Shown one piece after another: positions 1 to 10,534 of a stretch of 31,514 bases of DNA. The stretch lies in assembly GCA_034408725.1 (NCBI GenBank), contig JAWXCN010000141.1, positions 1-31,514 on the forward strand. Reading direction: 5' to 3'. The translations under genes were made by a program, and so were the position numbers. How positions within the stretch are numbered: position 1 is the first letter of the stretch; each line of letters opens with the position of its first letter. The stretch is from Candidatus Hydrogenedentota bacterium. Its GTDB lineage: Bacteria > Hydrogenedentota > Hydrogenedentia > Hydrogenedentales > SLHB01. A model generated the notes under the pieces. That model did no database searches and had not been told where the DNA came from. It saw only the letters and a list, made by a program, of their open reading frames with translations.

Positions 1-2
1 AA

Positions 3-1592
<1,590 letters not shown>

Positions 1593-1869
1593 TAGAATCC
1601 GTGAGCCAACGCAAAGCACTAATCCAGCCGATACGAGCACGAAAAAGAACACGAATGTTGGCGCTGGCAAAGAAAAGCGGTTTCGCTGGCGCCGCGGTCC
1701 ATAGGGAAACACGTGGCCGCAATAGATGGCGGTGATTCGGAAAGAATCGAGTACGAGTACGATGGGGAGTACGCGCGCGGGGATTGCTGGTCTTGATAGC
1801 GGTATCGGCATTGGCTATTCTCATAGTTTCTGGGCGACCTTTTCCTTTCACCATGCGAGGGCTGTGGAC

Positions 1870-4050
1870 ATGCGCAAATTCGCGGTTGTGATGTTGTGTG
1901 TTTTTGTATCGTGTGTTTCTCTTGCCGCTGACGTTCCCGGTACAGGGGCGGACGCCGGTAAAACTGTCATTTACCGCGACACGTGGGGCGTGCCGCATAT
2001 TTATGCGCCGAAGGCGGAGCAGGGGATGTACGCGATGGGCTGGGCCCAGGCCGAAGACCGGCCGGAGGAGTTGCTGAAAAACCTCCTGCGCGGCGCGGGC
2101 GAGATTTCGAGTGTCGACGGCGAGGGCGGTATCGGCACCGACAAAGTCGTGGCGATGTGGGACCTGTACAACGTGTGCAAAGCAAACGTCGACAAAATCG
2201 AGCCGCCTGTGCGCAAGCTGACGCAGTCCTACGTTCAGGGCATCAACGATTACTACAAGCAGAACCCAGACGCGGTCCCCACATGGTGGGGGGAACGGCA
2301 AGTCGACGAAGCGATGGTTATGTCGTTCGGCCGCATCTTCCTGCAAAACTGGTCGTTCGACGACGGGTTTGACGATTTAAAACGCGGAGGCATCGAACCG
2401 GGGATTTTTCGGATGAGCCGCGGGTCGAACCAGTGGTCAGTATCGCCGAGCCGCAGCGCGGCGAAGGTTCCCATTCTCTACATCGATCCACACCTGGGCT
2501 GGCTCGGCGTGACGCGGTTCTGGGAATTCCGTATTCATGCGGGCGATATTCACGGCAGCGGGTTTTCGCTTCCCGGCCAGTTGTTCATCGGGCTCGGCCA
2601 CAACGAAAACGTCGCGTGGGCGATGACGACCGGTGGACCGGACACCGCGGATGTCTATGAACTCACGTTGAACCCTGATGACCCGATGCAGTACAAATAC
2701 GACGACGCGTGGCGCCCGTTAAAGCAACGCAAAGTAACGATTAAGGTGAAAGACAGCAATCCCGTTGAGTTGACTGTATACGAATCACATCATGGGCCCA
2801 TTGGCGCGATCACCGATGGAAAGGCTTATGCGGTCAAGTCGTCATACTTCGACGCGGTCGAAGGCAGTGAGCCGTGGTTCTCGTTTAATCACGCGAAAGA
2901 CTATTCCGGCATCAAGGCCGGTCTCGCGACGCTACAAGTCTTCCCGCAGAACGTGATGGTCGCGGACACCTCCGGCAACATTTACTACCAGCGCACGGGC
3001 CGCGTCCCAATTCGCCCGGACGGCTATGACTGGTCGAAACCGGTTGATGGATCGACGTCGAAAACTGAATGGCTCGGCATTCATCCCTCCGACGATCATC
3101 TGCAGGTTCTCAACCCATCTCAGGGGTATATGCAAAACTGCAATATCCCGCCCGATGCCATGATGGTGAACAGTCCCTTCAAGGTGGATCCAAAACGCCC
3201 CTATCTGTTTGCCGATCTGAGCCATAATCCTTCGCGCGACGGCTGGAACAACACCCGCGGCGCGCGCGCTGTCGAATTGCTGGACGCTGACAGCAGCGTC
3301 ACGGTGGAAGAAGCGCTTGCCTATGCGGTGGACAGCAAGGTTTTCGGCGCAGACCGTTGGATCGAAGCCTTGAAAATGTCTGATGCCGCATTCGGCGCGG
3401 AGGTGCGGAAAGATGCCGCGCTTGCGGCCGCGCTGGATGAACTGTTGGCTTGGGACAACCAGCTTTTGCCAGAATCCAAAGGCGCGTTAAAGTATTACTA
3501 CTGGCGCAAACAGGCCGCGCAGGACGTAAGCGATATCTACAACGCGCTGCGCGCGCGTCTGAACAATTTCCGTGAGCCGCTCGGTGTGCCCGACAAGCCT
3601 GTCGAACTGAATGACGATGAAAAACAGGCTTTGCTGAAATCCTTTGCGGCTGGAATGGCCGATCTCAAGGCTGATCTGGGCTCGCTCGATAAGTCATACG
3701 GCGACGTCTTCCGCGCGGGTCGCGGCGATGCGTCGTGGCCCAGCGGCGGTGGCGGCGACCGCGAACTCGACATGACCACATTGCGCAACGTGAGTTACAG
3801 CCAGGAACGGGACGATCACACCCGCTGGGGCCGGAGCGGCCAGACCTCGACGGAAATCGTTGTGTTGAGCAAGCCGATAAAGAGCTGGACGTATGTTCCA
3901 CTTGGCCAGAGTGATGATCCAAAGTCACCGCACTACTCCGATCAGGCGGAAAAATTGTTCACCAAAGGCATTCTGAAAGAAACATGGTGGACGCCGGACG
4001 CGTTGTCGAAGAATATCGAGCGCCGCATTGAACTGCCGACGGCAAAATAG
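1870..4050 (+). CDS. Penicillin acylase family (Ntn-hydrolase, S45) secreted amidase
   Basis: Signal peptide MRKFAVVMLCVFVSCVSLAA from ATG 1870. Motifs IYRDTWGVPHIYA, GWAQAEDR, beta-subunit nucleophile G|SNQW, DPHL, GHNENVAW, QNCN, GQSDDPKSPHYSDQ. Confidence 0.9.
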   Translation: MRKFAVVMLCVFVSCVSLAADVPGTGADAGKTVIYRDTWGVPHIYAPKAEQGMYAMGWAQAEDRPEELLKNLLRGAGEISSVDGEGGIGTDKVVAMWDLYNVCKANVDKIEPPVRKLTQSYVQGINDYYKQNPDAVPTWWGERQVDEAMVMSFGRIFLQNWSFDDGFDDLKRGGIEPGIFRMSRGSNQWSVSPSRSAAKVPILYIDPHLGWLGVTRFWEFRIHAGDIHGSGFSLPGQLFIGLGHNENVAWAMTTGGPDTADVYELTLNPDDPMQYKYDDAWRPLKQRKVTIKVKDSNPVELTVYESHHGPIGAITDGKAYAVKSSYFDAVEGSEPWFSFNHAKDYSGIKAGLATLQVFPQNVMVADTSGNIYYQRTGRVPIRPDGYDWSKPVDGSTSKTEWLGIHPSDDHLQVLNPSQGYMQNCNIPPDAMMVNSPFKVDPKRPYLFADLSHNPSRDGWNNTRGARAVELLDADSSVTVEEALAYAVDSKVFGADRWIEALKMSDAAFGAEVRKDAALAAALDELLAWDNQLLPESKGALKYYYWRKQAAQDVSDIYNALRARLNNFREPLGVPDKPVELNDDEKQALLKSFAAGMADLKADLGSLDKSYGDVFRAGRGDASWPSGGGGDRELDMTTLRNVSYSQERDDHTRWGRSGQTSTEIVVLSKPIKSWTYVPLGQSDDPKSPHYSDQAEKLFTKGILKETWWTPDALSKNIERRIELPTAK

Positions 4051-4079
4051 GCGGAGACGCTTTCATACAGCGTAGCGCA

Positions 4080-5207
4080 TTACTCGGGCGAGGACAGTTT
4101 GTACCAGCGATCACCGAGTTTGAATACGAATGGTTTCGCGTCGCGGAAAATCTCGTCGAAGCCATCGTGCTTTGATTTAAGATCGTCGGCGGTTTTCGTG
4201 CCGCGAACCACGGGCACTGTCGGTTCGCCATTATAGCCGCGTTGATAAAACACGCCGTCGCGAAGATCGAAATCGCGATTCGCAATCCGGCGCGGTGTTG
4301 TTGGCTGCAACGCTATACCGCCGAGCGCTGATTCCTCAGTCATCGCGCGGTCTTCTTGTTTCATAACCCATCTCGATACTGCCGGCGGGGCCGCTGGCTT
4401 GGGAGTTTCGACATCAACACTTGCCTCGGCCGCGGCTTTCGCGGACAGGACAGGCTTCGAGGCGGGCATGGGCGGCGCTTCCGCCGCAACCTCACCGAAA
4501 TCGTTGGTCTGTTTTTCTTTCTTCAACTCCTGCACACGCATTCCAACAGTTGATTCCGGCTCCACCGTTTTTCCCAGCGTATTGATACTCATGTCTTGCA
4601 GTGGCGAAGGCGATTCCACGGCCTGAACCTCTACTGGCGCCGCGGCGGACGCAGGCACGGGGCTGTCAGCACGTGCCCCCGCGGAATCGGCTTCCGCTTT
4701 ATGTTCAGCTTCCATCGGCGCCGTGCCGGCATACCCCAGTGATTCCAATTTCTGAATGTCCTGATGATCAATCAATCCTTCAGACACCTTTTCAGACATC
4801 TCGCTCGAAGCGGACGCTGACGGCGCTGGAGCCGCTGGCGTAGAGGTGGAAGCAAGGTCGAAATTATTTCCGGGCGTCTGCATTTGGATCACAACGAATC
4901 CCACGGTCACCACCAATATCGCCGCCGCGGCGAGCGCTGGCCACACTCTGCGTCGCGCGTGATGCATGGGCAGCGCAATCCGCGGTGGGTGAACACGTTC
5001 GCGCACGTCCGCTTCGAACCCTTCCGGCGCGGTTGGCTTCGGCAATGCCCGATACAGCAAATCGACGCGCTTCAGGCTATCGAGCTCGCGCAACAGTTCT
5101 GCGTCCTGCGCGAGGACAGCTTCGATCTCAGCGCGTTCGTCCGCTTCAAGCTCGCCGTCCAGGAGCGACGAGAACCGGTCTCTTATTTCATCTCGATTCA
5201 TGGCCAT
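4080..5207 (-). CDS. Transmembrane anti-sigma factor (zf-HC2/RsiW-like N-terminus lacking Zn ligands)
   Basis: ATG 5207 overlaps the sigma stop (TAATG). N-terminal FSSLLDGELEADERAEIEAVL, one TM helix (VWPALAAAAILVVTVGFVVI), long Ala/Pro/Glu/Ser linker and a compact C-terminal domain. Confidence 0.85.
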   Translation of the reverse strand: MAMNRDEIRDRFSSLLDGELEADERAEIEAVLAQDAELLRELDSLKRVDLLYRALPKPTAPEGFEADVRERVHPPRIALPMHHARRRVWPALAAAAILVVTVGFVVIQMQTPGNNFDLASTSTPAAPAPSASASSEMSEKVSEGLIDHQDIQKLESLGYAGTAPMEAEHKAEADSAGARADSPVPASAAAPVEVQAVESPSPLQDMSINTLGKTVEPESTVGMRVQELKKEKQTNDFGEVAAEAPPMPASKPVLSAKAAAEASVDVETPKPAAPPAVSRWVMKQEDRAMTEESALGGIALQPTTPRRIANRDFDLRDGVFYQRGYNGEPTVPVVRGTKTADDLKSKHDGFDEIFRDAKPFVFKLGDRWYKLSSPE

Positions 5208-5806
5208 TAAATTACTGCATGTTCGCGTAGTTGGTCGCGGAGCAACTGTCGCGCCTGGTTCAAGCGCGACTTGACGGTGCCAACGGGGCACTCCATCACC
5301 TCCGCGATCTCCTCGTAGCTCAAATCATCAAACGTCCGCAGCACAAATGCGAGCCGATATTGCTCCGGCAATTCGCCAAGGCATTTAAGCAACATCTCTT
5401 GCGTTTCTTCCGCAATAGCCGCTTCGCGGGGACTTGCATGTCCGTCGCCCGCATCCGCAAGCCCCGGACTGTTTTCGCGCATCGCTTCGAGTGACGTTCC
5501 TTTGTCCCTTCCCATGCGCGATCCATCGCGCAACCGGTTGCGCGCAAGGTTGGCGGTGATGCTGTGCAACCACGTGCAGACCTGCGCCGTCCCGCGGAAA
5601 CTTCCGATTCCCCGGTACGCGCGCACGAAAACTTCCTGGCTCACGTCCAACGCGTCCTCCCGGTTTCCCAGATACCGATAGGCTACGCAATACACGCGGT
5701 CCTTATACCGGCGCACCAATTCATCAAACGCCGACGAGTCACCCTTACGGCACCGCTCGACGAGTCCCGTATCGGTATGGGTTCGCGCTTCCCGAAGCAA
5801 AACCAC
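5207..5806 (-). CDS. ECF (sigma-70 group 4) RNA polymerase sigma factor
   Basis: Region 2: GDSSAFDELVRRYKDRVY, DALDVSQEVFVRAY, TWLHSITANLARNRLR. Region 4: LPEQYRLAFVL, LSYEEIAEVMECPVGTVKSRLNQAR. Confidence 0.95.
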   Translation of the reverse strand: MVLLREARTHTDTGLVERCRKGDSSAFDELVRRYKDRVYCVAYRYLGNREDALDVSQEVFVRAYRGIGSFRGTAQVCTWLHSITANLARNRLRDGSRMGRDKGTSLEAMRENSPGLADAGDGHASPREAAIAEETQEMLLKCLGELPEQYRLAFVLRTFDDLSYEEIAEVMECPVGTVKSRLNQARQLLRDQLREHAVI

Positions 5807-5859
5807 GGTCGTACTGCGCTCCAGCGCCCCAGCTGCGGCGCTTTCTTTAGCTTGCTGCT

Positions 5860-5887
5860 TAAGACACCAAAAATGGGCACGGGTTCA
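5860..5887 (-). promoter_or_regulatory. Putative ECF-sigma autoregulatory promoter
   Basis: Minus strand reads TGAACC-N16-GTCTTA about 55 nt upstream of the sigma start, matching the general ECF AAC(-35)/GTC(-10) layout. Confidence 0.6.
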
Positions 5888-6005
5888 TTTCCGCAATCGA
5901 TGCGCATGATCAGGTACCGCGCGTATTTTACCACGGAGCTTGAAGTGGTGTGAAAGTGATCCGCTGCTTTGCTACGCTATGGCTTTCTGATCCAGGAGAG
6001 GACGA

Positions 6006-7130
6006 GTGACTGCACACATCGACGATAGCGAAGTCCCTACAATTCGGAGACGGATGCCTCCGGGTACCTTGCCGGGCACCATCTCAATCGATCCGGATGC
6101 GCCAAAGCCATTAATTACCGTGATGGCATTTGGGCCGGCAGGTATGGTAGAGAAGCAGATTGTGGAACCGCATGAAGTAGCGGCCTTGATTCAGGACTGG
6201 CCGGTCGTTTGGGTCAATATTGATGGGTTGGGCGACAAGGACGTGATTCAGCAGTTTGGCACAATGTTCGAATTGCATCGGCTCGCGCTTGAGGACGTGG
6301 TAAACGTACACCAACGGCCGAAGGTGGAAGACTACGACGATTCCCTGTTCTTTGTTGCGCGCATGGTGTATCAGAATCAATCCATCGAAACGGAACAGCT
6401 CAGCATGTTTATCGGCGAACAGTTTGTGCTGACGTTTCAGGAGCGCCCCGGAGGGGACTGTTTTTCGCCCGTCCGGGACCGAATTCGCAAGGGCGCCGGG
6501 CGTATCCGGGTGAACGGCGCGGGCTTTCTGGCATATTGCCTCATTGATGCCCTCGTGGACGCGTACTTTCCCATAATCGAGTTGTTTGGCGATGGTCTGG
6601 AAACGCTGGAGGACGAGGTGCTTGAGTCGCCAACGCGATCAACGGTCACGAAAATACACAAGGCGCGCCGCGACCTTCTGCTGCTGCGCCGCGCGATATG
6701 GCCGCTGCGTGAAGCAATCAACTCGATACTTCGCGACCAGTGCGCTATCTTTACCGCGGATACCCGCGTCTACTTCCGCGATTGTTATGATCACACAATT
6801 CAGATTCTGGACCTTGTAGAAGCGTACCGCGAACTGGTATCGGACTTGATGGATGTCTACCTTTCGTCCATCAGCACGAAACTGAATGAAGTGATGCGGG
6901 TGTTGACCGTAGTCTCTACAATCTTTATGCCGATGACGTTCGTTGCCAGCATCTACGGCATGAATTTCACCTATATGCCCGAACTTGGATGGTACGGTGG
7001 GTATCCTCTTGCCCTTGGCGTGATGGCTGCTATTTTTATCGGTCAACTGGTATATTTTTGGAAGAAGGGTTGGTTGGGCGGGGCCTTGGATGGCTCGGCC
7101 AACCCCGCGGGTGATCCCAAGCACGATTGA
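6006..7130 (+). CDS. corA: Magnesium/cobalt transporter CorA
   Basis: LALEDVVNVHQRPKVEDY, YFRDCYDH, LNEVMRVLT, signature IYGMNF and MPEL. SD AGGAG/GAGG upstream of GTG. Confidence 0.95.
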   Translation: MTAHIDDSEVPTIRRRMPPGTLPGTISIDPDAPKPLITVMAFGPAGMVEKQIVEPHEVAALIQDWPVVWVNIDGLGDKDVIQQFGTMFELHRLALEDVVNVHQRPKVEDYDDSLFFVARMVYQNQSIETEQLSMFIGEQFVLTFQERPGGDCFSPVRDRIRKGAGRIRVNGAGFLAYCLIDALVDAYFPIIELFGDGLETLEDEVLESPTRSTVTKIHKARRDLLLLRRAIWPLREAINSILRDQCAIFTADTRVYFRDCYDHTIQILDLVEAYRELVSDLMDVYLSSISTKLNEVMRVLTVVSTIFMPMTFVASIYGMNFTYMPELGWYGGYPLALGVMAAIFIGQLVYFWKKGWLGGALDGSANPAGDPKHD

Positions 7131-7144
7131 TCGATCTGGTTCAC

Positions 7145-8113
7145 CTAACGATCAGTGAGCAGGCCGTAGCGCGCAACAAGCGTTTGCACAAACTGCTCCA
7201 TCGACTCCCGCCCCGTTAACGCCATGTCCAGTTGTTTGGCAAGCTGGCCCGCGTGCTTGCGCATGAGCGCAAGCTCCCGCTGCTCGCTGTCATACCCCTC
7301 GAACGGCCCCGCCAATGGTTCCGCGCACACCGCCGCTATCACTTCAACGAGATATCGCGCCATGTGCTCCATTTTTTCATAGTTCAGCTTGTCTGGAGTA
7401 TCAGAGGGCAGATGAAAGTGCTCCCACTGTCCGCACGTGAAAAACAGGTACGGCCGCTGGTGCAACCGGAACACGTGCTGGTCGCTCATGTCGCCGATGA
7501 ACGCGTTGGGCACCGCCACTATCCGCAATGCATCATCGGGTTCCGTCCGTTCGATGACGGTCGCGAAATCCTCGTCGCTTTCCATTCCGAGTACAAACAA
7601 CAGGTTCTCAAGTCCCGGAAGCGGCACGTCATGACCCAACAGATCGAGCACAACGGCCGCGTGTATCGGCTCGTCCCGCTGGTGCTCGTAATAATAGGTC
7701 GATCCCATTGAATCGGTCAGAAAATGAGGAGGCTCCTCGCCATCAAAAAACGCGAAAATAATATCGCGGTGCAGTTCGCGGATACGGAGTGGCTCGACCA
7801 TGCCGAGCGCAATTGCAATCGCCGAGGCGTTGTCGTCCGCGCCCGGCATTGGCCCGCACGTATCGTAATGCGCCGCGATCAGTAACGGAGGCAGGCTGCG
7901 GCGCGCGCCGGGAAGCCGCGCCAACACGTTCGTCAGTTTTACCTCACCCACTGAATACGGAAATTCGTAGGCGCCGCGTGCATACGGTTCGAGCGCCAGT
8001 GCGTGAATGCGCTGCAACAAGTACGCCCGCGCCTCCGAATGGCCGCGCGTCCCCACCATTCGGCCGTGAGGTAAGGCCAGCCGGCAAACATCTTCGTAGA
8101 GTTGATCACGCAT
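7145..8113 (-). CDS. M28 family metallopeptidase (no signal peptide evident)
   Basis: Zn-ligand motifs AHYDT, GADDNASA, FDGEE, LDLLG, SDQHVF, FHLPSDT. Start at ATG 8113 is a choice; the frame extends to 8149. Confidence 0.88.
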   Translation of the reverse strand: MRDQLYEDVCRLALPHGRMVGTRGHSEARAYLLQRIHALALEPYARGAYEFPYSVGEVKLTNVLARLPGARRSLPPLLIAAHYDTCGPMPGADDNASAIAIALGMVEPLRIRELHRDIIFAFFDGEEPPHFLTDSMGSTYYYEHQRDEPIHAAVVLDLLGHDVPLPGLENLLFVLGMESDEDFATVIERTEPDDALRIVAVPNAFIGDMSDQHVFRLHQRPYLFFTCGQWEHFHLPSDTPDKLNYEKMEHMARYLVEVIAAVCAEPLAGPFEGYDSEQRELALMRKHAGQLAKQLDMALTGRESMEQFVQTLVARYGLLTDR

Positions 8114-8158
8114 TCGCTGGATTCTAGTGCGATACGATGATGGGCGCAAATTGACAGG

Positions 8159-8187
8159 TTGTCACGCGACGGCTCCCCGCGTAAAAT
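8159..8187 (+). promoter_or_regulatory. Putative sigma-70 promoter
   Basis: TTGTCA-N17-TAAAAT upstream of the gene at 8226. Confidence 0.55.
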
Positions 8188-8225
8188 GCGGTGTTCAACT
8201 TGAACCTCAACAAGGAGCCGCGCGC

Positions 8226-8735
8226 GTGTCGCAAGAATTACCCCCAGTACCGCCACCACCACCACCACGCCCTAGAATGGGTCAAAGCAAGGTTATTCTC
8301 GCGGGATGTGGTATAGGCTGCGGTGTGATTGTTGTCGTACTGGTTGGCGCCGTGGTCGGCCTTTCATTCGCCATTCCATCGTTATTGCGGCCGAGCGCGC
8401 TCGCGGTCATCAAGGACGTGTACGAAAAGGCGCAGGAAAACAAGAACCTCACCAAAGACCAACTTGCCGTGTACGACGATCTCGTCGCGGAAATTGATTA
8501 TCCGCAAGTCAACGGTCTTGCCGCGATGACCGGCGCCGCGCTTTTCCACGACCATCTGAAGGATGGCGCGCTCACCGAAGCTGAGATCGCCGAGGCCAGC
8601 ATTCTGCGGGACTATCTTCAGGCGAACCCGGACGCCGGTATGTTCGACATGATGCGGTTCCAAGACAATCACCCGGAAATCGCGGCAAAGATGACCGAGT
8701 TCCAGCGTAATCCCGCGAATCTGCGGCCGAATTAG
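8226..8735 (+). CDS. Hypothetical single-pass membrane protein
   Basis: SD AAGGAG at 8212-8217 before GTG 8226. Poly-Pro N-terminus, GCGIGCG followed by a hydrophobic TM, then a helical acidic domain. Confidence 0.75.
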   Translation: MSQELPPVPPPPPPRPRMGQSKVILAGCGIGCGVIVVVLVGAVVGLSFAIPSLLRPSALAVIKDVYEKAQENKNLTKDQLAVYDDLVAEIDYPQVNGLAAMTGAALFHDHLKDGALTEAEIAEASILRDYLQANPDAGMFDMMRFQDNHPEIAAKMTEFQRNPANLRPN

Positions 8736-8784
8736 TGGTTTCCAAACTTCCAGGTACGTTTTCGCCGTGGGAGCTGCGGCCATC

Positions 8785-9753
8785 TCAAGGGATCAATACA
8801 ACCTTGCCCACACTTTTCCGGTCCGAGATGAACTGCTGCGCTTCAGTTGCCTGTTCCAATGGAAACTCATGCTTAACAATGATGCGCAGCGTACCATCAC
8901 CCAACCATGTATACAGATCGCGCATCGCATTCTTCATCGCCTCGGTGTCCGTCATATACGCCATGAGGTGAAAACCCGAAACGGTCAAGTTGTTTGCCAA
9001 TAAATTAATCGCGTTTACCGTCGCGGGTTGCCTGCTTGCGACGCCGAGCGTAATCAGCCGGCCGCGCGGTTTTATGCATTTCATGCTCTTGTCGAACACG
9101 TCACCACCGACCGTTTCTACGACGAGTTCGCAACCTTTATTTCCCGTGATGCGCTTCACTTCCTGCAAGAAATCCCGCTTCGCATAGTTAATTGGATGGT
9201 GGCATCCCAGACCCGCGATCAACTCGCATTTTTCATCCGTGCTGCACGTGCCAATCACAGTAGCGCCGATGTTTCGCGCGATTTGCACCATAACCGTGCC
9301 GAGTCCTCCCGCCGCGGCCTGCAGTAACACCGTCTGCCCTTCCGTCAAATCTCCAAGTGTCCTGAGCGCGTGATACGCGGTTAGGTATTGGCACGGGATC
9401 GCGGAGGCCTGCTTGATGTCCAGACCCTTCGGAACTGGCATCATGCGGTTCGCATCCGACACTATGTATTCGCTATAGCCATTCTCGCAAAAACCCATGA
9501 CCGCGTCGCCCTGCTTTAGCCCGGTAACGCCGTCCCCAACGGATTCAACAATCCCGGAGACCTCGAATCCCGCGCCGAATGGCGGCTTCGGGCCGTTCGG
9601 ATAGAGCCCTTCCCGCTGCATGATGTCGGCATAATTCATGCCGCAGGCAGAAACTTTGACCAGCACCTCGCCTGCCGAAGGTTTAGGAACAGGTACGTCC
9701 TCCACTGTCAATACTTCCGGACCGCCAAATTTCGAAACTAAAATACTTTTCAT
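8785..9753 (-). CDS. NADPH:quinone oxidoreductase (zeta-crystallin/MDR family)
   Basis: MKSILVSKFGGPEVL, GMNYADIMQREGLYP, GFEVSG, nucleotide-binding AAAGGLG, C-terminal RKSVGKVVL. Confidence 0.92.
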   Translation of the reverse strand: MKSILVSKFGGPEVLTVEDVPVPKPSAGEVLVKVSACGMNYADIMQREGLYPNGPKPPFGAGFEVSGIVESVGDGVTGLKQGDAVMGFCENGYSEYIVSDANRMMPVPKGLDIKQASAIPCQYLTAYHALRTLGDLTEGQTVLLQAAAGGLGTVMVQIARNIGATVIGTCSTDEKCELIAGLGCHHPINYAKRDFLQEVKRITGNKGCELVVETVGGDVFDKSMKCIKPRGRLITLGVASRQPATVNAINLLANNLTVSGFHLMAYMTDTEAMKNAMRDLYTWLGDGTLRIIVKHEFPLEQATEAQQFISDRKSVGKVVLIP

Positions 9754-9796
9754 CTTTCCTCGCTTACCTGTGTCTGTTTGGTTTTCATTGCCATCG

Positions 9797-10534
9797 CTAT
9801 TGCAGCGCACTTGCCAACCGCGGGAGCACTTCGCCCGCCGGTCCTTTAACGAATATGTCCGTCATTACCGATGTAAAATCCGTTACTTCCGTATTGACTT
9901 CGATGAGCGTTGCTCCATTCGACTTCGCGGTTTGCGGCAGTTGCGCAGCCGGATACACACGCGCCGACGTGCCGATGACGAGCATCACATCGCACTGTTC
10001 CGCCATGGCCCGTGCACGGGACAATGCCTTGGCCGGTATATCCTCCCCAAACATGACCACGTCCGGCTTCATCAGCGTCGCGCAGCGCGCGCACCGCGGC
10101 GCATTATCGCCCATGTTGGAAATATCCAGGGGTTGCGACTCCTGGCATTCCATACATACGAGACGATGCGCATTGCCATGAAACTCGATCACGTGTCTGC
10201 TGCCCGCGGCCTGATGCATGTTGTCCACGTTCTGCGTGATGACGCCACGCAACTTGCCTTGTGCCTCCATCGCCGCCAGCGCGAAATGCCCGGCGTTTGG
10301 CAAGCACCCCCGCACCAGTCGCGACAACTCACACCAGAACCGCCACACCTTTTCGGGTTCCCGGAGGTATGCCTCAATTGTTGCGTAGTCGTCCGGCGGA
10401 TACTTCTCCCATATTCCGCTATCCCCGCGAAAAGTCGGAATTCCGCTTTCCGCGGAAATGCCCGCGCCGGTCAACGCGACCGCGCACGTTGCGTTGCGCA
10501 AAGCCTCCGACGCCGCTGCATAGTTCGCATTCAT
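9797..10534 (-). CDS. cobB: Sir2/CobB family NAD-dependent protein deacylase
   Basis: [34 protein letters not shown], Zn ribbon CMEC...[27 protein letters not shown] overlaps the serS stop (ATGA). Confidence 0.93.
   Translation of the reverse strand: MNANYAAASEALRNATCAVALTGAGISAESGIPTFRGDSGIWEKYPPDDYATIEAYLREPEKVWRFWCELSRLVRGCLPNAGHFALAAMEAQGKLRGVITQNVDNMHQAAGSRHVIEFHGNAHRLVCMECQESQPLDISNMGDNAPRCARCATLMKPDVVMFGEDIPAKALSRARAMAEQCDVMLVIGTSARVYPAAQLPQTAKSNGATLIEVNTEVTDFTSVMTDIFVKGPAGEVLPRLASALQ

Noticed and set aside
1726-1869. N-terminal extensions given by the ORF track (acylase here; also anti-sigma, sirtuin, parA, sbp, der, pgsA, receiver)
   Set aside because: Downstream starts give proper signal peptides, family N-termini or stop/start overlaps. 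The extensions overlap neighbouring genes or promoters.
4051-4079. Terminator between the convergent acylase and anti-sigma genes
   Set aside because: Only a 5-bp stem (ACGCT/AGCGT) with no U-tract, too weak to call.
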